DNA of 64,000 nucleotides from Octopus sinensis (Eukaryota): the NCBI RefSeq assembly GCF_006345805.1, contig NC_043005.1, forward strand, positions 90,954,001 through 91,018,000. Direction: 5' to 3'. The notes under the pieces were generated by a model. It had not been told where the DNA came from, made no database searches, and saw only the letters and a list, made by a program, of their open reading frames with translations. Of the stretch, positions 1 to 11,715 are shown in pieces; position 1 is the stretch's first letter; each line of letters opens with the position of its first letter. A program made the position numbers and the translations under genes.

Positions 1-339
1 ATTAATGATGGGACTTGCCAATTAAGATAAAGAAGATAATGCCACAATTCAAACTGATTAAAAATTGAATGGGAATATGGAGCAGAGAGAGTCTGCAAAG
101 TATCGCCTTACTCGTTATTTATTACCAGATCATTTATTGATTGGATAATTTAAAATAATGATGTGGGGAAATTTATCAGGGATGTCTTCATCATCATCAT
201 CATCATCATCATTATAATCATCACTGTTTAACACCCACTTTTTCCATGCTTGCATGAGTCAGGCAGAGTTTAGAGGTAGAATTTTTAACAGCAAGATGGC
301 CTTCCTGTCACTAGTCGTCACCTGTTTCCAAGCTTTAAA

Positions 340-800
340 ATACAAAAAAGGACAACAAAACATCCAGATAGACAAAACAAAGAAAACAAGGACAGGCCAT
401 TTGAAGTTTTCTATCTTCAGTCAAGAACCAGATTATCCTCGCAATTTCGGCTGATTATTCTTGAGAATGCTCCAATCTGGCCAGCCCCAAGGAAAAACTA
501 AGCTAAGAGCATTAGATTCCTTGGAAGAAAGCATCGAATGTATACAGAAACAAGGATGGAAAAAATGGACAATGTTACACAAATATAAATACAATAAAAA
601 TGATAACAGGACATAAAAACAGGTATCTTTTGACTAAGGACAAATTGAATTAAGCTGGCACATGTGGAAATGAAGCTTTGCTGCAGAGATACAAGAATTT
701 CACAAACACAGGGAAGAATATCGATGTAGCATGGACCACGGTCAGACCAAGAAAGAAAGAGCGAGCAGTCTGGCCGATCGGTCACGTCGAAAGAGAAGAG
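340..800. repeat. Unclassified dispersed repeat, possibly Penelope-like, associated with (TA)n
   Basis: Block catccagatagac...cagtcaagaaccagattatcctcgcaattt recurs at ~1070-1240 and ~6230-6400; a second block (aacgctcagg...gagcctacgctctt) at ~1310-1370 and ~38200-38260. Classification is a guess. Confidence 0.45.
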
Positions 801-1379
801 AGAGAAGTAGAAGCAAAGGGACAGAAGAATTAAGGAGGGGGTGAGAAAAAATGACAGGGATACAGTGAAATGAAAAGTGGAGGGAAAGTGAGTAAAAAGA
901 GAAGGCAAAGAAATGTGAGAGAGGGGGAACGAAAGAACGAAGAGTGGAATGAATGAATAAGCATGAAAGGTTTGATAGAAATAGAATTGTACAAGATTTT
1001 GTAAAATGTGTACTTACATATAAGAGAACAAAGTGTATGTATGCTGCTATATATATATATATATATAATACAAAATGGGACAAGAACACAAAACATCCAG
1101 ACAACTAAGTGATACAAAAAGGGATGACAAAACATCCAGATAGACGATACAAAGAAAACAAGGACAGGTCATCCAAAGTTTTCTATCTTCAGTCAAGAAC
1201 CAGATTATCCTCGCAATTTCAGTTGATTATTCTTGAGGTTGCTCCAGAAAATTCACAAGAAAACAAAAGATGAAAACAGTTGGTTTAGACAACAAACAGA
1301 TGTATTAGTATAACGCTCAGGAAGTGAAAAAGTCTTTAACATTTTGAGCCTACGCTCTTCCACAGAAAGGAACGCAGAA

Positions 1380-2080
1380 AGAAACAAGGAGAGAGAATAA
1401 AGAATTTGTAGTGGCTAGTGATCTATCATGGTGAAGGCCGGACAGAAGGGTCACACAGGAGAGCAAGGGAGAAGGGGAGATAAGAAAGTGGTGGTGATCC
1501 CAAAACGAAGGTGCGTATGCGTGTGTATAAGAGAGTTTGTATGTGCATTTGGAAGAGGGCTGGTGATCTTGACGTGTGCGTGTGTGTATGTGTAAGTGTG
1601 AAAATGTGGGTCTGGGAAGTGATCATTGCTGATGTGTGCATGGTGGTGTGTTGTGACGTGATGTGTTGTGTGGTATGGTGGAGTAAGGTGTAGTGGTGTG
1701 TGGTGTGGTGTGGTGTTAGGGGGAGGCAGGAGGGAGGAAAACAAGGGTGGGGTGTGGATTAGGCTGAGGGTGGGGGTAGAGGTAGGGGTGTGGGTGGGTG
1801 GGGTGGGGATAAAGATAGAGTATATGGGAGTGAGTGTAAGGGGTGGTGTGGGATGGGGAAGGATAGGGAAGGTGGGGTTGGAATGTGTAGGGGTAGGATG
1901 GGCTTACGAGGGAGGGGTGACAATGAAGGGAGGAAGGAGAAGGTGGGTAGGAGTGAAGAGAAGAAATAGGAGTCGGAGCAAGAGGGAAGAGGTGGGTGGG
2001 AGGATGTAGGTGTGAGGGGAGGAGATTAGATGAAGAGGGAAAGAGAGTTGAGCCTATGTGGTGCAAGGGAGCGAAGATAA
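1380..2080. repeat. G/A- and GT-rich low-complexity tract
   Basis: Strong purine/GT strand bias; the ORFs here are compositional artefacts. Confidence 0.8.
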
Positions 2081-2218
2081 AAGATTAATCCCTGTTCACG
2101 GCGCAAATGGGAACATTCCTCTCAATCCCAAACCTCTTGTCATTCCTTACTTCCTCTCTACTGACACTGTATGCATTATATATATATATAAATACATATG
2201 TATGCTTTCTTTTGACAG

Positions 2219-2309
2219 CTGCTAAAGAGTCTCTCCCCTGTGCAACCTCATGTTGCTGCTGAATTACAAGTAAACCGCACCAAGAACAGATATACCAATA
2301 TCTTGGCAT
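2219..2309 (+). CDS. R3-type (PTP10D/PTPRB-like) receptor tyrosine phosphatase, exon with KNRY motif
   Basis: tttgacag|CTG...GCA T|gtgagt; 91 bp; LLKSLSPVQPHVAAELQVNRTKNRYTNILA(Y); phase-1 end matches the next exon. Confidence 0.93.
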
Positions 2310-2449
2310 GTGAGTAGAGATTTTCTTATTAATAATTATATTGTTGATGATGATGATGGTGATATTGATCATGATCATAATTACCATCGTTGTAGTCATC
2401 TTCATTTTCATCATAGTAATCAGAATTATGACAATAGTGATGTGGTCAC

Positions 2450-2733
2450 TGTTGGATGACGTCAGCAGCTGGGGAGCTGACCGGAACTTGGGACTGACCA
2501 GAAGAGGAAGGGGCAGGAGTGACGCGTGCGCAGGCAGGGGAGCATTGGGCCTTTTTCGATCGGGATAGCCGACAGAGTTGGATGTGTGAATGCTTTGTCA
2601 AGGTAAGGGAAAAGCAGCTACTATTTTTAGCGATTGGGTCGGGCCACGTGGAAGGGTGCATTACCACCGGGGAGGTCTGCGTCGACGAAGAGAAGGTAAG
2701 TGTCTCTATTTCAAATCTCCCGCATACACCACA
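2450..2733 (+). mobile_element. Solo LTR of the Gypsy family at 29551-33570
   Basis: TG...CA ends, 5-bp TSD GTCAC (2445-2449, 2734-2738); colinear with the reverse complement of LTR 33295-33570. Confidence 0.92.
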
Positions 2734-3398
2734 GTCACAATGATAATAGCATTGATGATAGCATCATCCTTCCATGCTGGGATGGACTGGATAGTTTGAC
2801 TAGAGCTTGCAACCCAGAAGGTTGCACCAAGCCCTACTTTCTGATTTGGCATGGTTTCTACACACTAATCACTTTACAGAGTGTACTGGGTGCTTTTTAT
2901 GAGGCACCAGCACCAGTGATGTCACCAAGTAACTTTCAAGACAAGAATCTTTCCACCATGTGGGGGTAGGGGAAGTAGTTTTGAGGGAGGTGGGTTTATG
3001 CCAGATGATGGAATGGAACAGAGACAATTGTCTTGCAGTAGAGGAGATACATGGCTACTCCATTTGGAAAAAGAGAGAGGAAAAAAGAGGAGAGTGAGAG
3101 AGAGAGATGGTGAAGATGTGTCAGGGCATGCTTTCAAATTACAAAGGGATGTTATACAAGGGAAGTAGTACAGAGTATTGAAAAGGTTGAGAGATTAAGT
3201 AAGTTTGCAAGAGTGGGAAAGATGAGTGGGAGATGGAGGGGAGTGGAATGCAGTGAACAAAGGTGGAAGGAGAGGGTGTTAGGGAGATATGTTGTGGAGA
3301 GAGATTCATCAAGGACAGATTGTGTGCAGGTAAGTTTGTGAAAGTACAAAAGAAGAGTGGGTGATAAAGGAGAGGGTATATTTTAAAAATTTACATGC

Positions 3399-4020
3399 CT
3401 AAGCCACTTTGACTATTGCTCTCAGCTATGGTCACCAACCAGTGTCAAATTAATCTCAGATCTTGAGGCAATCCAACGAAGCTACACGAAGAAGATAGCC
3501 TCTATGCAGCATATAAGCTATTGGGAAAGATTCAAGAGATTAAGACTCTATTCCTTAGAGCATAGGTGAGAAAGATATGCAATAATATACATCTGGAAGG
3601 ACTTGTCCCAAACTTTGGCATCGAGAGTTACACAAATACTAGAACTGGGTGCCACTGCATAGTGCCAAGGACTCCAAATTTGCCATCAAGATGTAGAACA
3701 AGATGCTGCAATAGCTTGGGCTTCAGAGGTCCACAGCTCTTCAATATCCTCCTGAAGGACTTGAGAGACTTGCATGGAGAGGATGTAGGTATCTTCAAAA
3801 TAAAGCTGGATCTCTTCCTGTCAGGTGTCCCAGATGAACCGACTTCACGGCAGGAGGTGCAGATGAGGGCAGCTGCATCAAACTCTCTCATGCACCAAAT
3901 GTCAATTGCTAAAAAGTATTCATGAAGTAAAATTATGTAGCAACACCAAATGGCGGTGCCCCAGCATGGCCACAGCTCGTGAGCTGAAACTAGATGAAAT
4001 AAAAAAAATAAAAAAATAAA
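3399..4020 (+). mobile_element. CR1-type LINE, 5'-truncated ORF2 C-terminus plus 3' tail
   Basis: Frameshifted HFDYCSQLWSP...LEAIQRSYTK...YWERFKRLRLYSLEHR..., continuing into ORF 3566-3925; A-rich tail. Confidence 0.85.
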
Positions 4021-4049
4021 AATAATATATATATGTATGTGTGTGTGTA

Positions 4050-4261
4050 TATGTTTGTGTGTCTGCGTTTGACCCCTAACATCGCTTGACAACCGATGCT
4101 GGTGTGTTTATGTCCCCGTAACTAAGCAGTTCAGCAAAAGAGATGATAGAATAAGTACTAGGCTTACAAAGAATAAGCCCTGGGGTTGATTTGCTCGACT
4201 AAAGGTGGTGCTCAAGCATGGCCACAGTCAAATGACTGAAACAAGTAAATGCGTAAAAGAG

Positions 4262-4262
<1 letters not shown>
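4050..4262 (+). mobile_element. 3' half of the abundant tRNA-derived SINE (family A)
   Basis: Matches the post-microsatellite half of the copies at 17246 and 18780. Confidence 0.85.
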
Positions 4263-4298
<36 letters not shown>

Positions 4299-4305
4299 TA
4301 TATAT

Positions 4306-4493
4306 ATGAACCAACTTCGTGGCAGGAGGTGCAGATGAGGGCAGCTACATCAAAAACTCTCTCATGCACCAAATGTCAATTGCTAAAATGCATTCGTGAA
4401 GTAAAATCATGTGGCAACACCAAATGGCGGTGCTCCAGCATGGCCATAGCTCGTGAGCTGAAACTAGATGAAATAAAAAAAATAAATAAATAA
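4306..4493 (+). mobile_element. Second, diverged copy of the CR1-type LINE 3' end
   Basis: Aligns to ~3834-4020 with scattered substitutions. Confidence 0.85.
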
Positions 4494-4526
4494 AAAAATT
4501 TACATGCAATTACTCTTTTCTTGCAG

Positions 4527-4603
4527 ATGATCATTCTCGAGTCAAGCTGTTACCTATGGATGATGATGAAGGCTCTGATTACATAAATGCAAATTACATA
4601 CCT
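4527..4603 (+). CDS. Receptor PTP exon (DHSRVKL / DYINAN)
   Basis: cttgcag|AT...CCT|gtaaat; 77 bp; (Y)[25 protein letters not shown]. Confidence 0.95.
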
Positions 4604-4629
4604 GTAAATATAAATTTCTTTCAAATATT

Positions 4630-4950
4630 GTGTGTGTGTGTGTGCAACTGTGTGTGTATGTTTTGTGTGTATGGTGTGTGTTTGTGCGTATATGGTGTAC
4701 GTTTGTGTGTGTGTGTGTGTTTGTGCATGTATGGTGTGTGTGTGTGTGTGGTGTGTGCTCGTGTTTGTGTATGCATGTGTTTGTATGTGTATGGTTTGTG
4801 TTTGTGTGTGTATGGTGTGTGTGTGTGTTTGTGCATGTATGGTGTGTATTTGTGTGTGTGTGCTTGTGTTTGTGTTGCATGTGTGTGTGATTTGTGTATG
4901 CATATGTGTGTGTGTGTGTGTGTGTGTGCGTGCGTGTGTGTGCTTGTGTG
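4630..4950. repeat. Degenerate (TG)n compound microsatellite
   Basis: TG runs with recurrent gtatgg and gtttgtg interruptions. Confidence 0.9.
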
Positions 4951-5589
4951 TTTCTAGTATTTGATAAGATCAACCAAAAGAGTACTCTGTCCAGCAAGAG
5001 ATAAATCTCATTTGACACAGGATTTAATGTAAGCCACCATAAGTTTCTTTCTTCAATAATACAGAAATCAGGTGAGCTTTTACAGCATGCCATGCACTAA
5101 GTTGCGATCATTCAGACTCAAAATAAATATGGCTGTTCTCAGTGAAAAAGTGAGAAAGGAGAAAGACTGAGAAAAAAGGGGAAAAGACAAGAAAAAAGAA
5201 ACAAGAAGAGGAAAGCTTAGAGGGTGGTGAGATAAGAATTATATCTCTTTCACCTGTTAGAATGGGAATTAACAGTGGTTGATGGGGTTAATCTTACAAC
5301 ATTTTTAAGACTGTATACCTAATCTAGAGAGAGTGGTGTTCTCCAGCTTGATAGCAGAAACTTGTCAATAGGCTTGCATTTTGTGAAAATTTCCAATCTA
5401 GAATTCAGTAGTTCAGTGGAGTTCTGAAACTTAAAAGGCATTTGAGTTCTTTCAGTTATACAAAGCCTGCAGTTCCTTGACCCGTTAATGTATGGTGTAA
5501 ATCACTCAACTATGCTTCATTTGATGGTAAATGTGGTATATATATATGTATATAATGATATATATATTATGATATCATATATATTCTTC

Positions 5590-5961
5590 GAGTGGCTGTG
5601 TGGTAAGTAGCTTGCTAACCAACCACATGGTTCCAGGTTCAGTCCCACTGCGTGGCATCTTGGGCAAGTGTCTTCTGCTATAGCCCCGGGCCGACCAATG
5701 CCTTGTGAGTGGATTTGGTAGATGGAAACTGAAAGAAGCCTGTCGTATATATGCATATATATGTGTGTGTCTGTGTTTGTCTGTATATGGTGGTGTGTTT
5801 ACGTCCCCGTCACTTAGCGGTTCGGCAAAAGAGACCGATAGAATAAGTACTGGGCTTACAAAGAATAAGTCCCGGGGTCGATTTGCTCAACTAAAGGCGG
5901 TGCCCCAGCATGGCCGCAGTCAAAGGACTGAAACAAGTAAAAGAGTAAAAGAGTAAAAGAG
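5590..5961 (+). mobile_element. tRNA-derived SINE family A
   Basis: A-box-like TGGCTGTGTGG, B-box-like GGTTCAGTCCC, internal TA/TG tract, (GAGTAAAA)n tail. Confidence 0.88.
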
Positions 5962-6410
5962 AGACCTGCTACTACCTACCTACCAAGCCTTCACAAAAGT
6001 AAAAATGAGAGAGAGACAGAAAAAAGAAAGGAAAATGTCCCAAGTATTTGAAAACTATGGAAATTTTTTTTTAAATGTTCCATTTAATTTTTCCACAATT
6101 TAATTGTTTTTCATACTTTACTTTAAGTTGAAAAAGCTGCAAAGACTGAAACCAATATTAAAATGTTCTTCATGATAAAATTATTTCAGCATTTTCTACC
6201 TTGTCCTATTTTCCTTATATATATATATAAAATACAAAATGGGACAAGAACGCAAAACACCTGAACAGCTAGGTGATACAAAAAGAGACAACAAAACATC
6301 CAGATAGATGATACAAAAAAATAAGGACAGGTCATTAGAAGCTTTTTATCCTCAGTCAAGAACTGGATCATCCTCGCAATTTCGGCTGATTAATCTTGAA
6401 TATATATATA

Positions 6411-6465
<55 letters not shown>

Positions 6466-6661
6466 CAATAGGTCATACATCTGCAAAAGAAGCATACTCT
6501 AAAAGTTAGAGCAGTAATGCATTTACATGAATTTAAATATATGTCCAGTCATAGAGTGACCAATGGTTTTGCATCCAGCTTGAAGAGAGGTTATATGCTG
6601 CTTTAATCCAGTCCTGAACTGTTAATGTCAGAAGTATTATTTTTGTCATTAGTTGCTATAA

Positions 6662-6904
<243 letters not shown>

Positions 6905-6942
6905 TGACTTTATAATCATCAGTCATGTTTTTTTTTACTCTA

Positions 6943-7105
6943 GGCACAAGGCCCGGAATTTTGGGGGAGGGAGCCAGTAGATTAGATCGACCACAGTACA
7001 CAACAGGTACCTAATTTATCAACCCTGAAAAGATGAAAGGCAAAGTCGACCTCGGCAGAATTTAAACTCAGAACGTAAAGACAGACGAAATACCACTAAC
7101 ATCTC
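6943..7105 (-). mobile_element. tRNA-derived SINE family B (MetaSINE-like)
   Basis: Minus strand ctttgcctttcatc...gataaattaggtacc core; further copies at ~13545-13745, 20392-20610(+), 49335-49485(+), 49650-49870(+), 51290-51500, 63570-63780. Meta-domain assignment is from recall. Confidence 0.75.
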
Positions 7106-7165
7106 TGCTTGTTATATATATATATACATACATACATATATATATTATTTATATATATATATAAA

Positions 7166-8592
7166 CACAGGTACAAGATTTTCTGGGCAGGGAACACTGA
7201 CGGGGTCGGGGGTGTGGGTATACTTCTTGCGGAGAAATGGGTAGATAAGGTAATCGAGGTAGTCAGAGTAAGTGATAGAGTATTAAGATTAGATTAGTGC
7301 TTCACCATAGGTCAGCTACCATCATCTCGGCATATGCCCCTCGACCAGGGCTACCGGAAGGACAGACAGACCAATTCTACGACACCCTATTGCGGACTAC
7401 CTCTTTGACAAATGACAGTGACCTTCTCTTTGTGGCAGGTGATTTCAATGGACATGTTGGACGGCATGTCGGGGGCTTCCATGGCGTTCATGGAGGCTAC
7501 GGTTTTGGCTCTCGAAATGAGGAGGGAACCAGGCTGCTGGAGTTCTGCGATGCAAATGACCTTATGGTTTGCAATACCAACTTCAGGAAACCCACCTCTC
7601 ACCTAGTCACCTACCGTTCTGGCAGACACACCAGCCAGATTGACTACATCTCCGCCAGAAAGAGGGAAAGAGGGCTGCTTATAAATGCCAAAACCTTTCC
7701 AGGCGAAGAATGTACTCCTCAACATAGATTAGTAGTTAGCGACATCAGGATCAGAGCTAAATGGTTGCCCAGAAGAAGACCAGCTTGGAGGAGAAGGGTC
7801 TGGAAGCTTAAAGATCCTGCAAATGGACAGAGATTTAGAGACATACTACTCGAAGCCTTTGACGAAATAGAAAGGGATATAACTTCACTTAATGTGGAAG
7901 ACAACTGGAGATTTCTACGGGACAATCTGCTGACAGCCACTGACCAGATTTGTGGATGGAGCAAAGTTCCATCTCGACCCAGAGTAACGTAGTGGTGGAA
8001 CAATGTGGTTGACAGGGCTATTAGACAAAAGAAACAGGCTTGGAGGGACTGGAAGAACGGTGGTAGCAGGGAATTGTATCAGACAGCCAGAAGGGAAGCT
8101 AGGAGACAGGTTTATTTAGCCAGAGGGGAAGCGGATAAGAAAAAATTTGCCAATGTTCTGCGCCGTGAGGATGAAAGACTTGAGGTATTTCGTGTTGCAA
8201 GACAGTGTGTGAGAGAGAATCGTGATGTGGTAGGAGAGAAATGTGTCCGCATGGATGATGGTTCACTTGCGCTAAATGAAGATGCAAAGAGAGAGGTTTG
8301 GAGATGCCACTATGAAAGGTTGCTGAATAAAGAAAATGAATGGGATAAAGAGAGTCTGCCAAATGTCAACCCAACAGAGGGACCAGCCATCCAAGTTGAC
8401 AATTGTTTGGTAGTTAAAGCAATTAGAAGCATGAAAACAGGGAAAGCCCCAGGCCCATCAGGAATTACTGCAGAGATGCTCAAAATATCTGGCAGTGTCG
8501 GCTATAATAATTATTACATATTACTTTTACAGATAAATTCCTCTATTTATATAATATTGAGGTTTCTTTCTTTTGTTATCTTACCCTTTTCA

Positions 8593-8631
<39 letters not shown>

Positions 8632-10352
8632 CCATCAGGAATTACTGCAGAGATGCTCAAAATATCTGGTAGTGTCGGCTATAGCATAATCACCCGTATA
8701 GTTAACCAGGTGATACACGAAGGAGTCATACCCAATGACTGGTGTAGCAGCATACTAGTCAACTGCTACAAAGGTAAAGGAGACGCCCTAGATACAAATA
8801 ATTACAGAGGTATCAAGCTGTTGGATCAGGTAATGAAGGTTACAGAGAGGGTCATAGCCCAACTGATTAGGGAGAGAGTCAACTTGGACGAGATGCAGTT
8901 TGGTTTCATGCCAGGGAAAAGCACCACTGATGCCATATTTCTGGTGAGACAGCTGCAGGAGAAATACCCAGCCAAAGATAAGCCCCTGTACCTGGCTTTC
9001 GTTGACATGGAGAAAGCCTTTGACAGGGTCCCCCGATCCCTTATCTGGTGGTCAATGAGGAAACTAGGGATAGATGAATGGCTGGTAAGGGCTGTGCAAG
9101 CCATGTACAGGGATGCCGTAAGTAAGGTTAGGGTTGGCAACATGTACACAGAAGAATTCAAAGTAGAGGTTGGGGTCCACCAGGGTTCAGTACTCAGCCC
9201 CCTCCTATTTATCATAGTCCTCCAGGCAATTACGGAGGAATTCAAGACAGGTTGCCCCTGGGAGCTCCTATATGCTGACGACCTTGCTCTAATTGCTGAG
9301 TCACTATCAGAACTGGAGGAGAAGTTCCAGGTGTGGAAGGAGGGTCTAGAATCAAGGGCCTTAGAGTCAACCTAGCTAAAACCAAAGTACTAATAAGTAG
9401 GAAGGTAGACGATCCACAAATGTCTTCAGGAAGATGGCCCTGCTCGATCTGTAGAAAAGGTGTAGGTAGAAACTCTATAAGATGTACCCAGTGTAAGCTA
9501 TGGACACATAAGAGGTGCAGCAATGTCAAAGGAAGGCTAACTGGGAAGATAGTTTTTGTATGTGGCAGATGCTCGGGAGCATTAACCTATGAAAATCTGC
9601 AGAAAACAACTTCTGTCACTTTCCAGGGGAAAAAACTAGAAGTAGTTGATAGCTTCCATTATCTTGGTGACCAAGTCAGTAGTGGGGGTGGGTGTGCTGA
9701 AATGACCAGCGACCGAGACCTTTGGAAATATGCTGTGCGTGAAAAGACCAGACAGGACAAGTGAGTCCAGCCCACTTATGCATGCATTTCCACCCTTGGA
9801 CACACAAAGACCTGTTGAGGCAAGCAAAGTCGATATCGAACCTCATCCGATGACAGGCACCTATGCCAACCATCACCTAAACCATCACCCTTTGCTTGTG
9901 AAGACCTGTTGGGGCAAGTGAAATCGAAATCGAAATTGAACCAATCCTATGACTGGCACCCGGCAGATGCCAGGACCCCTGGACTGGAGATACGTAAAAA
10001 GCACTATCCGAATCGTGGCCGATGCCAGTGCCACCTCGACTGGCTTCCGTGTCGGTGGCACGTAAAAAGCACCATCCGAATCGTGGCCGAAGCCAGTGCT
10101 GCCTTGACTGGCTTCCATGCCGGTGGCACGTAAAATGCACCAATCCGACTGTGGCCAATGCCAGCCTTGCCTGGCACCAGTGCAGGTGGCACATAAAAAG
10201 CACCCACTACACTCACGGAGTGGTTGGCGTTAGGAAGGGCATCCAGCTGTAGAAACATTGCCAGATAAGACCGGAGCCTGGTGCAGCCTTCTGGCTTCCC
10301 AGATCCCCTACAAACCGTCCAACCCATGCTAGAACGATGATGATGATGATGA
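7166..10352 (+). mobile_element. RTE-clade LINE, 5'-truncated and decayed (APE endonuclease, RT, 3' UTR, (GAT)n tail)
   Basis: SAYAP, GDFNGHVG, QIDYI (ORF 7297-7992); QFGF, FVDMEKAFDRV, GVHQGSVLSP, YADD (ORF 8005-9375); stops and frameshifts; internal deletion near 9700 relative to the copy at 15895. Confidence 0.95.
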
Positions 10353-10375
10353 TATATATATATATATATATATAT

Positions 10376-10786
10376 AGGCACAGGAGTGGCTGTGTGGTAA
10401 GTAGCTTGCTTATGAACCACATAGTTCCGGGTGCACTCCCACTGCGTGGCACCTTGGACATGTATCTTCTACTATAGTCTTGGACCGACCAAAGCCTTGT
10501 GAGTGGATTTAGTAGACGGAAACTGAAAGAAGCCCGTCGTATATATGTATATGTATATATATATGTGTGTGTGCTTGTGTGTCTGTGTGGTAAGTAGCTT
10601 GCTTATGAACCACATAGTTCCGGGTGCACTCCCACTGCGTGGCACCTTGGACATGTATCTTCTACTATAGTCTTGGACCAACCAAAGCCTTGTGAGTGGA
10701 TTTAGTAGACGGAAACTGAAAGAAGCCCGTCGTATATATGTATATGTATATATATATATGTGTGTGTGCTTGTGTGTCTGTGTTTG

Positions 10787-10790
<4 letters not shown>
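10376..10790 (+). mobile_element. SINE family A 5' half, tandemly duplicated (193-bp period)
   Basis: gtggtaagtagc starts at 10394 and 10587; units near-identical. Confidence 0.88.
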
Positions 10791-10829
<39 letters not shown>

Positions 10830-11169
10830 GTTATATATATATATATATAACATTTCTGCCAGCTCACTGCCCTGTTATCATCAGTCATGTTATCATTACT
10901 ATTATTGTTCTGAATATCATCATCATCATCATCCTCATTGTTATCATAATCAAGATTGTAACTACATTATGAAGATTGATGTATATCATCCCTTCTTTTC
11001 CATGTAGTGCTACCATTAGTACAGCTATCATTGTTAATCAGCCTCAAATCATCCCTGATTCAACAGACATATAGTCAAAGGTCTTTCCAGATATGACTAT
11101 CATATTTATAACTAGGACTACACTATCCAGTCTATCCTCCCCTTTTTCAAAGTGGTATGGCAAGATTTG

Positions 11170-11715
11170 AGGGAGAGTTTCAACAGCTTGATGCCCTTCC
11201 TAACGCCAACCACTCCGAGAGTGTAGTGGATGTTTTTACGTGCCAATGGCACGAGGGCCAGTCAGGCAGTACTGGCAATGGCCATGCTCAAATGGTGCTT
11301 TTTATGTGCCACTTGCACAGGAACCAGTCCAGTGGCACTGGCAATGACCTCACTCAAATGTTTATTCACGTACCACCAGCACAAGTGCCAGTAAGGCAAC
11401 GCAGGTAATGATCATACTCGAAGAATTCCTTTTTACATGCCATCGGCGCGGAGGCCAGCTTGTTGCTCTGGCAACGATCTCACTGGTATGGTACTCTTAG
11501 AGCTCGATTTCGATTTCACTTGCCTCAACAGGTCTTTGCAAGCAGAGTTTAGTGTCAAATGAAGGAAAGGTGCACATAAGTGAGCTGGTTACACCCCTGG
11601 CATAGGCCACAGGTTATGGTCTCACTTGGCTTGCCAGGTCTTCACAAGCACAGCATATTTCCAAAGGTCCTGGTCACTGGTCATTGCCTCGGTAAGGCCC
11701 AATGTTCGAAGGTCA
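11170..11715 (-). mobile_element. RTE 3' end/UTR, inverted
   Basis: Reverse complement of the ORF end (MTSDxDLWKYA) and UTR modules. Confidence 0.8.

Noticed and set aside
400-470. CTGAAGA and CCGAAA motifs in the Penelope-like repeat
   Set aside because: Order and pairing fit no hammerhead topology; the 10.1-11.1 pair is missing.
1320-1375. Hammerhead-like core (GAAGA G..C AAAA) on minus, also at ~38215-38260
   Set aside because: Both copies lack intact CUGA and GAAA boxes and I could not build stem I; a family consensus would be needed.
4550-5093. Long ORFs rich in H/T or C/V (also 1400-2066, 25496-26067 and others)
   Set aside because: These are translations of TG/CA and TA microsatellites, which lack stop codons in some frames.
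9960-10210. Repeat-spacer pattern superficially like a CRISPR array
   Set aside because: The spacers are homologous to each other, the array is part of a LINE 3' UTR, the context is eukaryotic and no cas genes are present.
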